DNA of 64,000 nt from an uncultured SAR86 cluster bacterium (GTDB taxonomy: Bacteria > Pseudomonadota > Gammaproteobacteria > Magnimaribacterales > D2472), in contig CAWUWW010000001.1 of the NCBI GenBank assembly GCA_963926355.1, forward strand, positions 247,739-311,738, in the 5' to 3' direction. Positions 38,869 to 48,989 of this stretch are shown piece after piece. Under the pieces are notes generated by a model. It saw only the letters and a program-made list of their open reading frames with translations, had not been told where the DNA came from and did not search any database. The translations under genes were made by a program, and so were the position numbers. How positions within the stretch are numbered: the first letter of the stretch is position 1; each line of letters begins with the position of its first letter.

Positions 38869-39374
38869 GTCTTTATTACTAGGTCCTGAAAGTAGTTAAA
38901 TATTTCTTGCTGTTTTCTGTCTCTTGCGGTTGTCCATTCTTTAGTAGTTGAACTGTTAATAATATTTTTGTTCAGATCAAATACAAGAACTCTTGGTACA
39001 CCCTTTTCCTTTGCTATACCAAAGTAATCCATAAGACCCATATTTATATCATAACGACCAACGTCTATATAAAGAATTTTGTAATGCTTGTTAATAAAGC
39101 TTTCAATAGAGGGCATCTTTATAGTTCCACTTAGGATTCTGCAATCAGGGCACCAATTACCTCCAAAAATGATAATAGGTTGTTTAGAGTCTTTAATCGC
39201 ATCATTTATAAAAAGATCAACCTCAACTTCTTTATAGACAACTCCATTGTAAGGAAGAGGCAATGGTGTTTTTAGAACATCCTCGGATGTTAGGTTTAAA
39301 TATTCAGCATTTATGTTCATACAAATAAAAAATAGATATGATAGTGATAGAAGTTTAATTGAATGCTTGAACAT
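38865..39374 (-). CDS. periplasmic thioredoxin-fold protein (CxxC)
   Basis: Signal peptide, WCPDC active site and a cis-Pro region (GVPRVLVF). Confidence 0.7.
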   Translation of the reverse strand: MFKHSIKLLSLSYLFFICMNINAEYLNLTSEDVLKTPLPLPYNGVVYKEVEVDLFINDAIKDSKQPIIIFGGNWCPDCRILSGTIKMPSIESFINKHYKILYIDVGRYDINMGLMDYFGIAKEKGVPRVLVFDLNKNIINSSTTKEWTTARDRKQQEIFNYFQDLVIKT

Positions 39375-39454
39375 AGTAAGGTTTCTTTTGTTAGTAGCCT
39401 ATTGTCGGCTTACTTAAATCTCTTTGCAATATTATTACATAAAGGAGACATTGC

Positions 39455-39883
39455 ATGATTTGGTTATTAAGGTTGTATCTATTATTTATGGGGTTGGTTT
39501 ATTTATTGATTGGAGCCTGGGCTATTGTTGATCCGGTACTCGGCACTTTTGAAATAGAAATTCCATCATTTTTAGAAATTGTTGGGCTTACTGTGGTCTC
39601 AGAGATTGGATATTCTGAGATAGCAGGGTTATATGGTGGACTTAATTTGTGGATCGGCGTTATGTGCTTGGTTGGTATTTTTAAGGAGAGCGTAGGTATT
39701 TTCGCTATTAAATTTCTAACATTCCTCGTTGGTGCTATAGCATCTGGAAGGATACTTTTTTCCCTAATGCCTTCAACTCCAGGTTTTTATAACAGCTTTT
39801 TTGTTTTTGAGGTATGTGCTTTGTTTACAGGCCTTGGATTTTTGTTGTACTTTAGAAATCTAAATCAGATTACTAAGATTTAG
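39455..39883 (+). CDS. small 4-TM membrane protein (DUF4345-like)
   Basis: 142 aa with four hydrophobic helices. The family assignment is tentative. Confidence 0.5.
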   Translation: MIWLLRLYLLFMGLVYLLIGAWAIVDPVLGTFEIEIPSFLEIVGLTVVSEIGYSEIAGLYGGLNLWIGVMCLVGIFKESVGIFAIKFLTFLVGAIASGRILFSLMPSTPGFYNSFFVFEVCALFTGLGFLLYFRNLNQITKI

Positions 39884-40804
39884 GATATATCCAATATACC
39901 CTGCCACAAAGACACAACCAACAAATTTTATTAGCTTGATATTAACTTTATTGGATGAGTAGCTAGCGGCAACTAGAACAAATAAAATTGTTGCAACGGC
40001 CATAACAAGATAATCTCTTGAGAAAATAGTTGAATCAAAACTAACATCAGAAAAGAATCCAATAATTGGAACAACCAATGCCATGTTCATGACATTCGAC
40101 CCAATAACATTACCTATAACCATATCGTTTTTCTTTTTTGCTATTGCTGAAATGGTGGCAGCTAGCTCGGGAAGGCTTGTTCCAATAGCGATAATTGTTA
40201 ACCCTATTATGAGCTCGGGAACATTTAGCATAATGGCTATCTGCTCAGCATGAATAACTGCAAAGTTAGATCCGCCAATCAAGGCAAGAAGTCCTATTAT
40301 TAAAAATAAAACCGTTGATCCGAGTTTGTCAGCATCCTCACTCACAACCTCATTTGAATTAGATGTTCTAAAGCTATAAGTAATATATAAAAAGAATACA
40401 AAAAGAAATAAGAAACCCCAGCTTTCTACTTTAGTTATTTTTAAGTCAACTAGACCTAGCCCAAGTATTGCTGTTCCAAGAATAAGTGGAAGAAATTGAA
40501 TGACTGAAGTTTTTGAAGGCACTAAGCTTATTCCTATACAGGAAACACCAAATATTAGAGCTATATTTGATATGTTAGAGCCAATAACAGTACCCATGGC
40601 TATAGCCTCAGTACCATTTAAGACTGAAGATATGCCAACAAAAATTTCTGGGGCAGAGGTTCCAAGTGCAACAATGGTCAGGCCTATAGTTAGTTCACTC
40701 AGCCCTAGTTTTTTTGCAACCAAGGAAGAGCTTTCAATAAACTTATCTGCTCCCCATACCAGAACAGCTAAAGAAATTATTAAGCCAAATAACGAAAGAA
40801 ACAT
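39860..40804 (-). CDS. Ca2+/Na+ (cation) antiporter, CaCA/YrbG family
   Basis: Two alpha-repeats, GTSAPE and GTSLPE, with 10 TM segments. Confidence 0.9.
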   Translation of the reverse strand: MFLSLFGLIISLAVLVWGADKFIESSSLVAKKLGLSELTIGLTIVALGTSAPEIFVGISSVLNGTEAIAMGTVIGSNISNIALIFGVSCIGISLVPSKTSVIQFLPLILGTAILGLGLVDLKITKVESWGFLFLFVFFLYITYSFRTSNSNEVVSEDADKLGSTVLFLIIGLLALIGGSNFAVIHAEQIAIMLNVPELIIGLTIIAIGTSLPELAATISAIAKKKNDMVIGNVIGSNVMNMALVVPIIGFFSDVSFDSTIFSRDYLVMAVATILFVLVAASYSSNKVNIKLIKFVGCVFVAGYIGYILNLSNLI

Positions 40805-40902
40805 AACCTATTCTACATTGTATAAAAAGCTATATATATAATTTGTTCAGTTATAAAAGATACAATATATAATAGACAAAAAAATACACAGGAATCTTAA
40901 AA

Positions 40903-41700
40903 ATGGAAATTAATAATTTATTTAGCGTTAAAGGAAAGGTAGCAATAGTAACTGGCGGATCTAGAGGCATAGGTGAAATGATCACTGCAGGCTTTTTAGC
41001 GAACGGAGCAAAGGTTTATATTTCTGCAAGAAAAGAACTTCCTTTAATTCAAAAAGCTCAAGAGTTAAGTGAAAAGTATGGCGGAGAATGTATAGCCATT
41101 CCTTGTGATCTAAGTTCCATGGAAGGAATAGAATATTTTGCTCAACAAATAGCAGAAAAAGAAGAGGGCATAGACTTTCTAATTAATAATGCTGGTGCTG
41201 CCTGGGGAGAGCCTCTTGAAGACTTTTCAGAAACAGGTTGGGATAAGGTAATGGATCTTAATGTGAAAAGTATTTTCTTTTTAACTCAAAAACTAAAATC
41301 ACTTCTAAAAACAAATGCAACCAACGAAGATCCTTCAAGGATTATTAATATAGGTTCTATTGACGGACTTAACGTACCAGGTTTTGAAACTTATTCTTAT
41401 AGTACATCTAAGGCAGCCGTTCATCACCTAACAAGAGTCCTTGCTAATAAATTAGTTAAGGAAGATATTCTGGTTAATGCAATAGCCCCTGGCCCATACC
41501 CTAGCGCCATGCTTGGCTCTGCGGTTAACTCGGACTACTCAGGGATCGCATCTGCAAACCCAAGAGGCAGAGTCGGTACGCCAGAGGACATGGCCGGACT
41601 TGCAATATTCTTGTGCTCTAGAGCAGGTGCTTACACTGTTGGAGAAACGATCACATCTGACGGCGGGCTAGTTAAGACTGCCGGTCATAAGTTTGGTTAA
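40903..41700 (+). CDS. SDR-family oxidoreductase (RhlG/3-oxoacyl-ACP reductase-like)
   Basis: TGGSRGIG, NNAG and YSTSKAA motifs. Confidence 0.9.
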   Translation: MEINNLFSVKGKVAIVTGGSRGIGEMITAGFLANGAKVYISARKELPLIQKAQELSEKYGGECIAIPCDLSSMEGIEYFAQQIAEKEEGIDFLINNAGAAWGEPLEDFSETGWDKVMDLNVKSIFFLTQKLKSLLKTNATNEDPSRIINIGSIDGLNVPGFETYSYSTSKAAVHHLTRVLANKLVKEDILVNAIAPGPYPSAMLGSAVNSDYSGIASANPRGRVGTPEDMAGLAIFLCSRAGAYTVGETITSDGGLVKTAGHKFG

Positions 41701-41729
41701 ACCATAAATAATTTTAAGGATATAGTCAC

Positions 41730-41897
41730 ATGAACCCATTCACTATGATGAAAGATGCCAAGAACATGGAAAAAATGATGAAGCCAGCTCTTGAAAAATT
41801 TTTAAAAGAATCAGGCTTTGTTAAAATGGATGAGCTTGAGCCCTTAAAAAGAAGAATTGCTGAGTTAGAGGCTGAGGTAAATAAGTTAAAGGGTTAA
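41730..41897 (+). CDS. 55-aa coiled-coil protein, tentatively UbiK/BMFP-like (not in ORF track)
   Basis: The ATG ORF encodes MNPFTMMKDAKNMEKMMKPALEKFLKESGFVKMDELEPLKRRIAELEAEVNKLKG. The C-terminal pattern resembles the YqiC/UbiK leucine zipper. Confidence 0.35.
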   Translation: MNPFTMMKDAKNMEKMMKPALEKFLKESGFVKMDELEPLKRRIAELEAEVNKLKG

Positions 41898-41908
41898 CTT
41901 GTTTAAAT

Positions 41909-42169
41909 ATTATTAGTCTCGAAGAATCAGATATATCTAGAATTATTGAGATGGCATGGGAGGATAGAACTCCCTTCGATGCCATTGAAGCAACCTACGG
42001 CCTTAATCAGAACCAAGTAGAAGACCTTATGCGTGACAACCTTAAGAAGAATAGCTATACGCTTTGGAGGAAACGGGCTAGCGGAAGAAAGACTAAACAT
42101 GTTGGTCTTAGAGAGTTCGGCCAGGTAGGTAGGCACCACTCCTATGATCAACACAAATATAAAAAGTAG
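41909..42169 (+). CDS. DUF2805/TIGR03643 family protein (start uncertain)
   Basis: The IIEMAWEDRTPFDAIEATYGL core defines the family. The first ATG (41951) falls inside that core. The in-frame upstream codons encode ISLEESDISRIIE, and only ATT codons (41909, 41912) are available as starts. Confidence 0.7.
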   Translation: MISLEESDISRIIEMAWEDRTPFDAIEATYGLNQNQVEDLMRDNLKKNSYTLWRKRASGRKTKHVGLREFGQVGRHHSYDQHKYKK

Positions 42170-42458
42170 CCACTTCAAGATAGAGAATCTATTTAAGTCT
42201 ATATTCTCCGACATACCCAATACATCCATTATCCTCAATGACATCTCCGTCATCATTCAGCACGAAGATGAATCAAACTCAGACGCTGCCTCTATAGAGA
42301 TAAGTGAGATAGGTAATACCTATAAAATTACCTACTGGGATGGTTACTCGCTGGCCGAAGAGGAGGAGAGTAATAATTTAGTAAAATCGTTAAAAATCTT
42401 TAAAAGGTTTTCAAAAAAACTAGCTAAGAACTTAATCAGGTTTAACAAAAAACCTTAA
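42144..42458 (+). CDS. hypothetical protein (104 aa)
   Basis: The ORF has a single ATG and overlaps the previous gene by 26 nt. It has an acidic centre and a basic tail. I recognise no family. Confidence 0.4.
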   Translation: MINTNIKSSHFKIENLFKSIFSDIPNTSIILNDISVIIQHEDESNSDAASIEISEIGNTYKITYWDGYSLAEEEESNNLVKSLKIFKRFSKKLAKNLIRFNKKP

Positions 42459-42461
42459 CTA

Positions 42462-43724
42462 TCAAGCTCTTGTATGGCCGTTCCCGTTTACGAGATACTT
42501 GAAGCTTGTTAGTTGCTCTATTCCCACAGGGCCCCTTGCATGAAACTTGCCGGTTGCAATGCCAATCTCACCGCCCAGCCCGAACTCACCGCCGTCAGCA
42601 AACTGGGTTGATGTATTGTGCATGACAATGGCGCTATCGATAGTTTTTTGAAAGTAAGAAGCTGTATTTAGATTCTCAGTCATGATGGACTCGGTATGGC
42701 CTGTAGAATATTGCTCAATATGGCTTACAGCATCTTCAGTAGATTCTACAACCTTAATGCTTACGATCGGAAGAAGGTATTCAGTGCTCCAGTCTTCTTC
42801 GGTAGCGGGCAGAACCTGATCTGATAATGATTGTGATATTTTACAGCCGCGCACCTCACATGCCTGAGTGGAGAGGGCGTCAACTATCAAGGGTATGAAT
42901 GAGTCAGCTATATCTCTATGAACAAGAATTGTCTCTACAGCACCGCATATGCCAGGCCTTCTCATTTTTGCATTGATGCAAACATTAATAGACTTTTCCT
43001 CATCTGCTTTACTATCTACATAGATATGGCAAATACCTTCTAGGTGACCAAAGACAGGAACCTTTGCTTCTTTTTCAACTTCAGCTACAAGGCTCTTGCC
43101 GCCTCGTGGAATTATGACATCTATAGATTTATTAATACCTTGAAGCATTAACTTGACCGCCTCTCTGTCAGTATCATCAACTATCTGGATAGCATGCTCA
43201 GAAATACCAGCTTCTTTAAGACCTGCAGCTAAGCACTTATGGATTGCTAGGCTAGAGTTAAGGCTGTCAGAGCCGCCTCTTAATACCGAAGCATTTCCAG
43301 ACTTAAGACACAGAGCACCTGCATCGGCTGTTACGTTTGGCCTGCTCTCATAAATTATTCCAATGACCCCAAGCGGCGTTGAGACCCTGGATATTTGAAG
43401 TCCGTTAGGTCTTGCCCAGCTTGCAAGAACTCTTCCAACCGGATCATTGAATGATGCAATATCTTTTAGGGTTTTCGCAATAGCCTTAATTCGCTCACTG
43501 TTTAACTCAAGTCTATCTAAAAAAGAATCAGACAGTCCTTTAGCCTTTGCATTCTCAATATCCTTTATATTGGCATTAATAATAGATTCTTCATGGTCTA
43601 AAATATTTTTTGCCATAGCTAACAGGGCTTCATTTTTCTTTGAGCTAGAAGTTCTGGCAAGCTCCTTGGATGCTTCTTTGGCCTGGATGCCAATTTGATT
43701 CATTGTTTCTTCTACTGCGCTCAT
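42462..43724 (-). CDS. proA: gamma-glutamyl phosphate reductase
   Basis: 420 aa in the aldehyde dehydrogenase fold with the catalytic-Cys region (CNTSTQF-like: MHNTSTQFADGGEFG). ATGA overlap with proB. Confidence 0.95.
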   Translation of the reverse strand: MSAVEETMNQIGIQAKEASKELARTSSSKKNEALLAMAKNILDHEESIINANIKDIENAKAKGLSDSFLDRLELNSERIKAIAKTLKDIASFNDPVGRVLASWARPNGLQISRVSTPLGVIGIIYESRPNVTADAGALCLKSGNASVLRGGSDSLNSSLAIHKCLAAGLKEAGISEHAIQIVDDTDREAVKLMLQGINKSIDVIIPRGGKSLVAEVEKEAKVPVFGHLEGICHIYVDSKADEEKSINVCINAKMRRPGICGAVETILVHRDIADSFIPLIVDALSTQACEVRGCKISQSLSDQVLPATEEDWSTEYLLPIVSIKVVESTEDAVSHIEQYSTGHTESIMTENLNTASYFQKTIDSAIVMHNTSTQFADGGEFGLGGEIGIATGKFHARGPVGIEQLTSFKYLVNGNGHTRA

Positions 43725-44512
43725 GACTTAGCTATAAACCTTGTTGCTTTGGTTGTTGTTCTTGCAAGATTTTTGATAGGGTCCTTCTTTAATCCTGAGG
43801 TAATAATAACGTTGCATTTAGCTTTCATGCATATCTCAGCCGCTTTAATCTTTGATACCATTCCGCCTTTTCCAAGTAAGGATGCTGTTCCTGCCATAGC
43901 TTCAATCTTCTTGGTTATGGTTTTAACTTCGGTTATCAGAATATCCTTTTTTTGATTTTTTGGAGGCTCGCTGTAAAGACCATCAATGTTGGACAGCAGG
44001 ATTAAGTGATCAGCACTTACAAGCTTAGAAATTTTGGCAGCGAGAATATCGTTATCACCAAACTTTATCTCGTCGGTCGAGGTTGTATCGTTTTCGTTAA
44101 TAATTGGCACACACCCAAATGTTAAAAGATTCTCTATAGTGGCTATTGCATTCTTAGATGATTTTTTATTCTCCGCATCGGAGGGCGATAATAAAATTTG
44201 GGCAACCTGAAGTTTGTGTTTCTTAAACTCTGACTGCCATGCTGCCATCAGCTCAATCTGACCTGTAGCGGCAACGGCCTGAGATTCATTTAATGTAAGT
44301 TCTGACGTAAGTTTTAATTTTCCTCTACCAAGAGCAATGGCCCCTGAGGAAACAACAACAACGTCCTTCTTTTTATTTAGAAGCCAAACAATATCAGCCA
44401 CTACATTCTTCAAGACAGACTTATTAACCCCGCCTTTAGAGTTCGTCAACAGAGAAGAGCCAATCTTAATTACCAATCTTTGGCTTGAGTTAAATGTATT
44501 GATAGCTTTCAC
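43721..44512 (-). CDS. proB: glutamate 5-kinase, short form without PUA domain
   Basis: VIKIGSSLLT, VVSSGAIA and GDNDILAA motifs. The listed ORF (to 44641) runs through a tRNA gene, so I propose the GTG at 44510-44512 as the start (263 aa). Confidence 0.85.
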   Translation of the reverse strand: MKAINTFNSSQRLVIKIGSSLLTNSKGGVNKSVLKNVVADIVWLLNKKKDVVVVSSGAIALGRGKLKLTSELTLNESQAVAATGQIELMAAWQSEFKKHKLQVAQILLSPSDAENKKSSKNAIATIENLLTFGCVPIINENDTTSTDEIKFGDNDILAAKISKLVSADHLILLSNIDGLYSEPPKNQKKDILITEVKTITKKIEAMAGTASLLGKGGMVSKIKAAEICMKAKCNVIITSGLKKDPIKNLARTTTKATRFIAKS

Positions 44513-44562
44513 AAAGGAGATTATAAGGTTGCTACTAACTTTAACAACTAAAAAAGTAGTTA

Positions 44563-44647
44563 TGGTGCCCCATGCCTGAATCGAACAGGCACTCCCGAAG
44601 GAACGCGATTTTGAATCGCGCGCGTCTACCAGTTCCGCCAATGGGGC
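44563..44647 (-). tRNA. tRNA-Leu (anticodon CAA)
   Basis: The minus strand reads GCCCCATTGGCGGAACTGGTAGACGCGCGCGATTCAAAATCGCG...GGTTCGATTCAGGCATGGGGCACCA. It has a long variable arm, anticodon loop TTCAAAA, and an encoded CCA. Confidence 0.9.
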
Positions 44648-44695
44648 ATGTTGGGCATTGTAGCTAAGTATTATCTAATTTAAAATCAGCTTCTC

Positions 44696-45715
44696 ATGAA
44701 AACATCAGATTTTAATTACCACCTACCAGAAGAGCTCATAGCTAACTATCCTTTAGATGATAGAAGCTCTAGTAGATTATTAGTTCATTCAGATAAAATA
44801 GAACATAGATCCTTTAAAGATGTCGTTGATTACTTTGAGGAGGGTGACTTGCTGGTGATAAATAATACCTCTGTTATTCCCGCTAGAATCTATGGCAACA
44901 AGGAATCAGGCGGCTCTGTTGAGGTCATGCTTGAAAGGGTCATGGAGGATAACAAGGCCTTGGTTCAAATGCGCTCCGGCAGGAGTCCCAAGATAGGGGC
45001 TATTATTATTTTAGATTCTTACAGGGTTGAGTGTATTGATAGGCAGGACAACTTTTTTATTCTCCAATTCGATAGACCGCCATTAGAGGTTTTTAATGCA
45101 ATAGGGCATGTTCCATTACCCCCTTATATTAAAAGACCCGATGAGGATCTAGATAAAGATAGGTACGCAACGGTTTATGAAGATAAAAAACTACAAGACT
45201 CAGTCGCAGCTCCAACGGCAGGACTGCATTTCGATGATGAGCTATTAGATGCCATTAAAAAGATAGGCGTGAATATGGCAAGGGTGAATTTAAGTGTGGG
45301 AGCTGGAACCTTTCAGCCTGTTAAGGTAGACAACATAGAAGATCACGATATTCATAGTGAGTACTTGGAGGTTAGTCCCGAGGTTGTGGACATGGTTAAT
45401 GCAACCAAGGCTGCGGGCAAGAAAGTATTTGCCGTTGGCACTACTGCTACAAGGGCATTGGAGACAGCATTCATGGATGAGAGCAAGAAGGGATATAGCG
45501 GCTATACCAAGCTCTTTATTTATCCAGGTTATAAGTTCAAAGCAGTCGATAGATTGATTACCAACTTCCATTTACCCCAATCGTCTTTATTAATGCTTGT
45601 ATCTGCATTCATTGGCTACGACAATATGAAGCATATATACACAACAGCAGTCGATGACAAATATAGATTCCTGTCATACGGCGACGCCATGCTACTAGAA
45701 AAACATGAAATTTAA
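44696..45715 (+). CDS. queA: S-adenosylmethionine:tRNA ribosyltransferase-isomerase
   Basis: [12 protein letters not shown]-terminus, the APTAGLHF motif and the C-terminal SYGDAMLL. Confidence 0.95.
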   Translation: MKTSDFNYHLPEELIANYPLDDRSSSRLLVHSDKIEHRSFKDVVDYFEEGDLLVINNTSVIPARIYGNKESGGSVEVMLERVMEDNKALVQMRSGRSPKIGAIIILDSYRVECIDRQDNFFILQFDRPPLEVFNAIGHVPLPPYIKRPDEDLDKDRYATVYEDKKLQDSVAAPTAGLHFDDELLDAIKKIGVNMARVNLSVGAGTFQPVKVDNIEDHDIHSEYLEVSPEVVDMVNATKAAGKKVFAVGTTATRALETAFMDESKKGYSGYTKLFIYPGYKFKAVDRLITNFHLPQSSLLMLVSAFIGYDNMKHIYTTAVDDKYRFLSYGDAMLLEKHEI

Positions 45716-46820
45716 TTTACACAACCAATCCGAATTTGCCAGAAGGGCGGAGTTAGAATTTCCTAGAGGGAATATCCAAACACCAGCATTCATGCCTGTG
45801 GGCACTAACGGAACGGTTAAGGGCTTGACTGTTGAAGATGTAAAATCAACCGGCGCAGAGATTATTTTAGGTAATACCTATCATCTAATGCTCAGACCAG
45901 GAGATGAAGTGGTTCGTGATTTAGGCGGACTACATAAGTTCTCAAACTGGGACAGACCTATTCTTACTGATTCAGGTGGCTTCCAGGTTTGGAGTTTAGG
46001 TGATCTTGTAAAGATTAGTGAGGAAGGAGTTAAGTTTAGCTCTCCCTACGATGGCAGAAAGATCTTTATGACCCCAGAGGACTCTATACAAATACAAGAG
46101 AACTTAGGTTCGGATATTGTTATGGCCTTCGATGAGTGCACCGACTATCCATCGACTCACGAGCAGGCAAAGATATCTATGGAACTTTCCATGCGATGGG
46201 CCAAGCGATGCAAGGAAGCGCACAAGTCAGATTCAGCACTCTTTGGTATTGTTCAAGGCGGCATGCATGAGGATTTAAGAAAGCAATCTTTAAATGCTCT
46301 TATGGACATAGGCTTTGATGGTATTGCCTTGGGCGGCCTTAGTGTTGGTGAGTCCAAGGAAGAAAAAACAAGGATACTTTCTTATATGGCCGATAAGTTA
46401 CCGAAAGACAAACCAAGGTATCTTATGGGTGTAGGTAAGCCAGAGGACATTGTTGAGGCGGTAAGATACGGCATTGATATGTTCGACTGTGTTCTACCAA
46501 CCAGGAACGCCAGGAACGGCCAGTTAATAACCTCTACCGGTGTTGTGAATATAAGAAATGCTCCGCATAAGATGAGCGATGAGCCGGTCGATGAAAACTG
46601 CGACTGTAAGGTATGTACAGATTACAGCAGGGCTTATTTAAACCACCTTCATAAAACCAATGAGATGCTGGGCAGTATTTTATCAAGCTATCACAATATT
46701 TATTACTACCAATCGCTAATGAGGGAAATTAGAACCTCAATTGAGGATAATAAATTCGCGAACTTCCTAAAAGACTTCTATAATAAGCGAAATTTAGAAA
46801 TGCCCGATGGGCCTATTTAG
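45705..46820 (+). CDS. tgt: queuine tRNA-ribosyltransferase
   Basis: TDSGGFQV and GLSVGE motifs, plus zinc site C-x-C-x2-C...H ([17 protein letters not shown]). Confidence 0.95.
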   Translation: MKFNLHNQSEFARRAELEFPRGNIQTPAFMPVGTNGTVKGLTVEDVKSTGAEIILGNTYHLMLRPGDEVVRDLGGLHKFSNWDRPILTDSGGFQVWSLGDLVKISEEGVKFSSPYDGRKIFMTPEDSIQIQENLGSDIVMAFDECTDYPSTHEQAKISMELSMRWAKRCKEAHKSDSALFGIVQGGMHEDLRKQSLNALMDIGFDGIALGGLSVGESKEEKTRILSYMADKLPKDKPRYLMGVGKPEDIVEAVRYGIDMFDCVLPTRNARNGQLITSTGVVNIRNAPHKMSDEPVDENCDCKVCTDYSRAYLNHLHKTNEMLGSILSSYHNIYYYQSLMREIRTSIEDNKFANFLKDFYNKRNLEMPDGPI

Positions 46821-46829
46821 GAATTAATT

Positions 46830-47126
46830 ATGGACGCAGCACAACCTTCACTACTATCACCGCTTATATTTGTTGGTTTCTTTTTTGTTCTTATGTACTT
46901 TATGATCATAAGACCTCAGAATAAAAGGAACGCAACAATCGTAGACATGCTTTCTAATCTAGAGACAGGGTCTGAGGTAATTGCAGCAAATGGTATTTTA
47001 GGAAAAGTTACAGATATTAAAGGCCTTTATGTTTCTGTTGAAATCGGCAATAACGTTACTATAAAACTTCAAAAATCTGCAATAGCAAACATTCTGCCTA
47101 AGGGCACAATCGACTCAATTAAGTAG
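46830..47126 (+). CDS. yajC: preprotein translocase subunit YajC
   Basis: 98 aa with a single TM segment and the IIRPQNKR motif. It lies upstream of secDF. Confidence 0.9.
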   Translation: MDAAQPSLLSPLIFVGFFFVLMYFMIIRPQNKRNATIVDMLSNLETGSEVIAANGILGKVTDIKGLYVSVEIGNNVTIKLQKSAIANILPKGTIDSIK

Positions 47127-47132
47127 ACTATT

Positions 47133-48989
47133 GTGAATAAGTTCTCCCTATCCCAATTCATTATAATATTTGTAGTATTGGTACTAGGGTTCACTTACGC
47201 ACTTCCAAATCTCTATCCTACGCAGCCATCTATTCAGGTTGCTTATACGGATTCTGGCAAGTCAGCCGATCAGTTATTACTGAATCAGCTAGAGGACACT
47301 TTAACGGAAACTAATTCAAGTTTTGATAGTTTATTCCTAAGAGATAACAAGATAGTTATACAATTTTCTACCCTAGATCAGCAACTTAATGCAAAAACTA
47401 TTTTACAGAATAAACTTTTAGACAAGGTGATTATTGCTCTAAATTTAGAGCCAACAACTCCTGACTGGTTAAAGAGTTTGGGCGGAAGGCCTGTCAGGCT
47501 GGGCCTTGATTTATCAGGCGGAGTTCATTTTTTATTAGAGGTTGATATTGATACTGCCGAGCAAGGAAGGCTTGAGCTATTGCTTGATACTTACAGAAAA
47601 ACATTCAAGGAAGACAGAATAAAATTTGCCAACTCATCCATCGAAGACCTGGCTTTACATTTTGAATTTAAAGATAAAGAGAGTTACAACAAAGCATTAA
47701 AACAATACAGAACGGATAATCCTGGAATAACAGGAAATCAGTACATCATTACTGAAAAGCCAAGCTCTAATAAGATCGTTGTTGAGTATTCAGATATCGC
47801 CTTGAGAGAAATAAGAGATTACGCAGTAGGACAAAATTTAACAACTTTAAGAAACCGAGTTAATGAGCTCGGAGTCTCTGAGCCAATAGTTCAAAGACAA
47901 GGATCTAATAGAATTGTTGTTGAACTTCCGGGAGTTCAAGATCCAACGGCAGCGAAAAAAATTATAGGTAAAACAGCCAATCTAGAATTTAGGTTGGAAG
48001 CTAATTCAAGAACCTCTCCTTTGAGGAAAGAAGAATTTAACTTTAAAGATAACGAATACACTACTGCCTTTTTAGAAAGAGCTGTTGTTGTTTCTGGAGA
48101 TAGAGTCACAAACGCAAACACCGGCTTCGATGAAAGCGGCTTTTCACAAGTTAATATTACCTTAGACATGCAGGGCGGTAGGGCTATGCAAAAAGCTACT
48201 TCTGGAAACATTGGAAGGAAACTGGCTGTGTTATTTGTTGAGCAAAAAAGTAAATCAGAGCTTGTGGTTGATGAGAATGGAAAAAATATTATTGAACAAA
48301 CAAGTTACATTGAAAAAAATATTATAAGTCTTGCCACGATACAAGCGGTTCTTGGAACAAGCTTTAGAATTACAGGTGTTGGCAATCCTCAAGAGGCCAG
48401 TGAATTGGCACTTTTCTTGAGAGCAGGAGCACTTGCAGCTCCGATGAAATTTGTTGAAGAAAGAACAGTGGGGCCAAGCCTTGGAAAAGAAAATATAGAA
48501 ATGGGCATGAGATCAATCATGATTGGTTTTGCATTGGTTGTTCTTTTTATGGCCTTTTACTACAAGGTATTCGGACTAGCAGCAAATGTATCTCTATTCC
48601 TTAACCTGATACTTATCACTGGAATTATGTCGCTCCTTGGAGCTACGCTTACACTGCCTGGTATAGCCGGTATTGTTTTAACGGTTGGTATGGCAGTTGA
48701 TGCTAATGTGCTTATATTCTCTCGTATCCGAGAAGAACTCAAAGACAAGGATCCTCAAACTGCAATACATGATGGATTCTCTAGAGCCTTTGTTACTATC
48801 TTTGACGCCAACATAACTACTTTAATAGCCGCGTTAGTTCTTTATGTTATTGGGACAGGACCTATTAAAGGTTTTGCCATAACACTATCGATTGGAATAG
48901 TAACTTCAATGTTTACTGCGATTGTATGTACGAGAGCTATGGTTAATATAGTTTATGGAAACAAAAATATTAAGGAATTAAAAATATAA
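47133..48989 (+). CDS. secD: protein translocase subunit SecD
   Basis: 618 aa with LGLDLSGGVHF and a C-terminal 6-TM SecDF core. GTG start. Confidence 0.95.
   Translation: MNKFSLSQFIIIFVVLVLGFTYALPNLYPTQPSIQVAYTDSGKSADQLLLNQLEDTLTETNSSFDSLFLRDNKIVIQFSTLDQQLNAKTILQNKLLDKVIIALNLEPTTPDWLKSLGGRPVRLGLDLSGGVHFLLEVDIDTAEQGRLELLLDTYRKTFKEDRIKFANSSIEDLALHFEFKDKESYNKALKQYRTDNPGITGNQYIITEKPSSNKIVVEYSDIALREIRDYAVGQNLTTLRNRVNELGVSEPIVQRQGSNRIVVELPGVQDPTAAKKIIGKTANLEFRLEANSRTSPLRKEEFNFKDNEYTTAFLERAVVVSGDRVTNANTGFDESGFSQVNITLDMQGGRAMQKATSGNIGRKLAVLFVEQKSKSELVVDENGKNIIEQTSYIEKNIISLATIQAVLGTSFRITGVGNPQEASELALFLRAGALAAPMKFVEERTVGPSLGKENIEMGMRSIMIGFALVVLFMAFYYKVFGLAANVSLFLNLILITGIMSLLGATLTLPGIAGIVLTVGMAVDANVLIFSRIREELKDKDPQTAIHDGFSRAFVTIFDANITTLIAALVLYVIGTGPIKGFAITLSIGIVTSMFTAIVCTRAMVNIVYGNKNIKELKI

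Noticed and set aside
41927-42256. ORF 41927..42256 (-), 109 aa
   Set aside because: It is an antisense shadow of the conserved DUF2805 gene and the following ORF, with no motif support.
44513-44641. N-terminal 43 codons of listed ORF 43721..44641 (MAELVDARDSKSRSFGSACSIQAWG...)
   Set aside because: This is the translation of a tRNA-Leu(CAA) gene and its flank, not protein-coding sequence. proB starts downstream of the tRNA.
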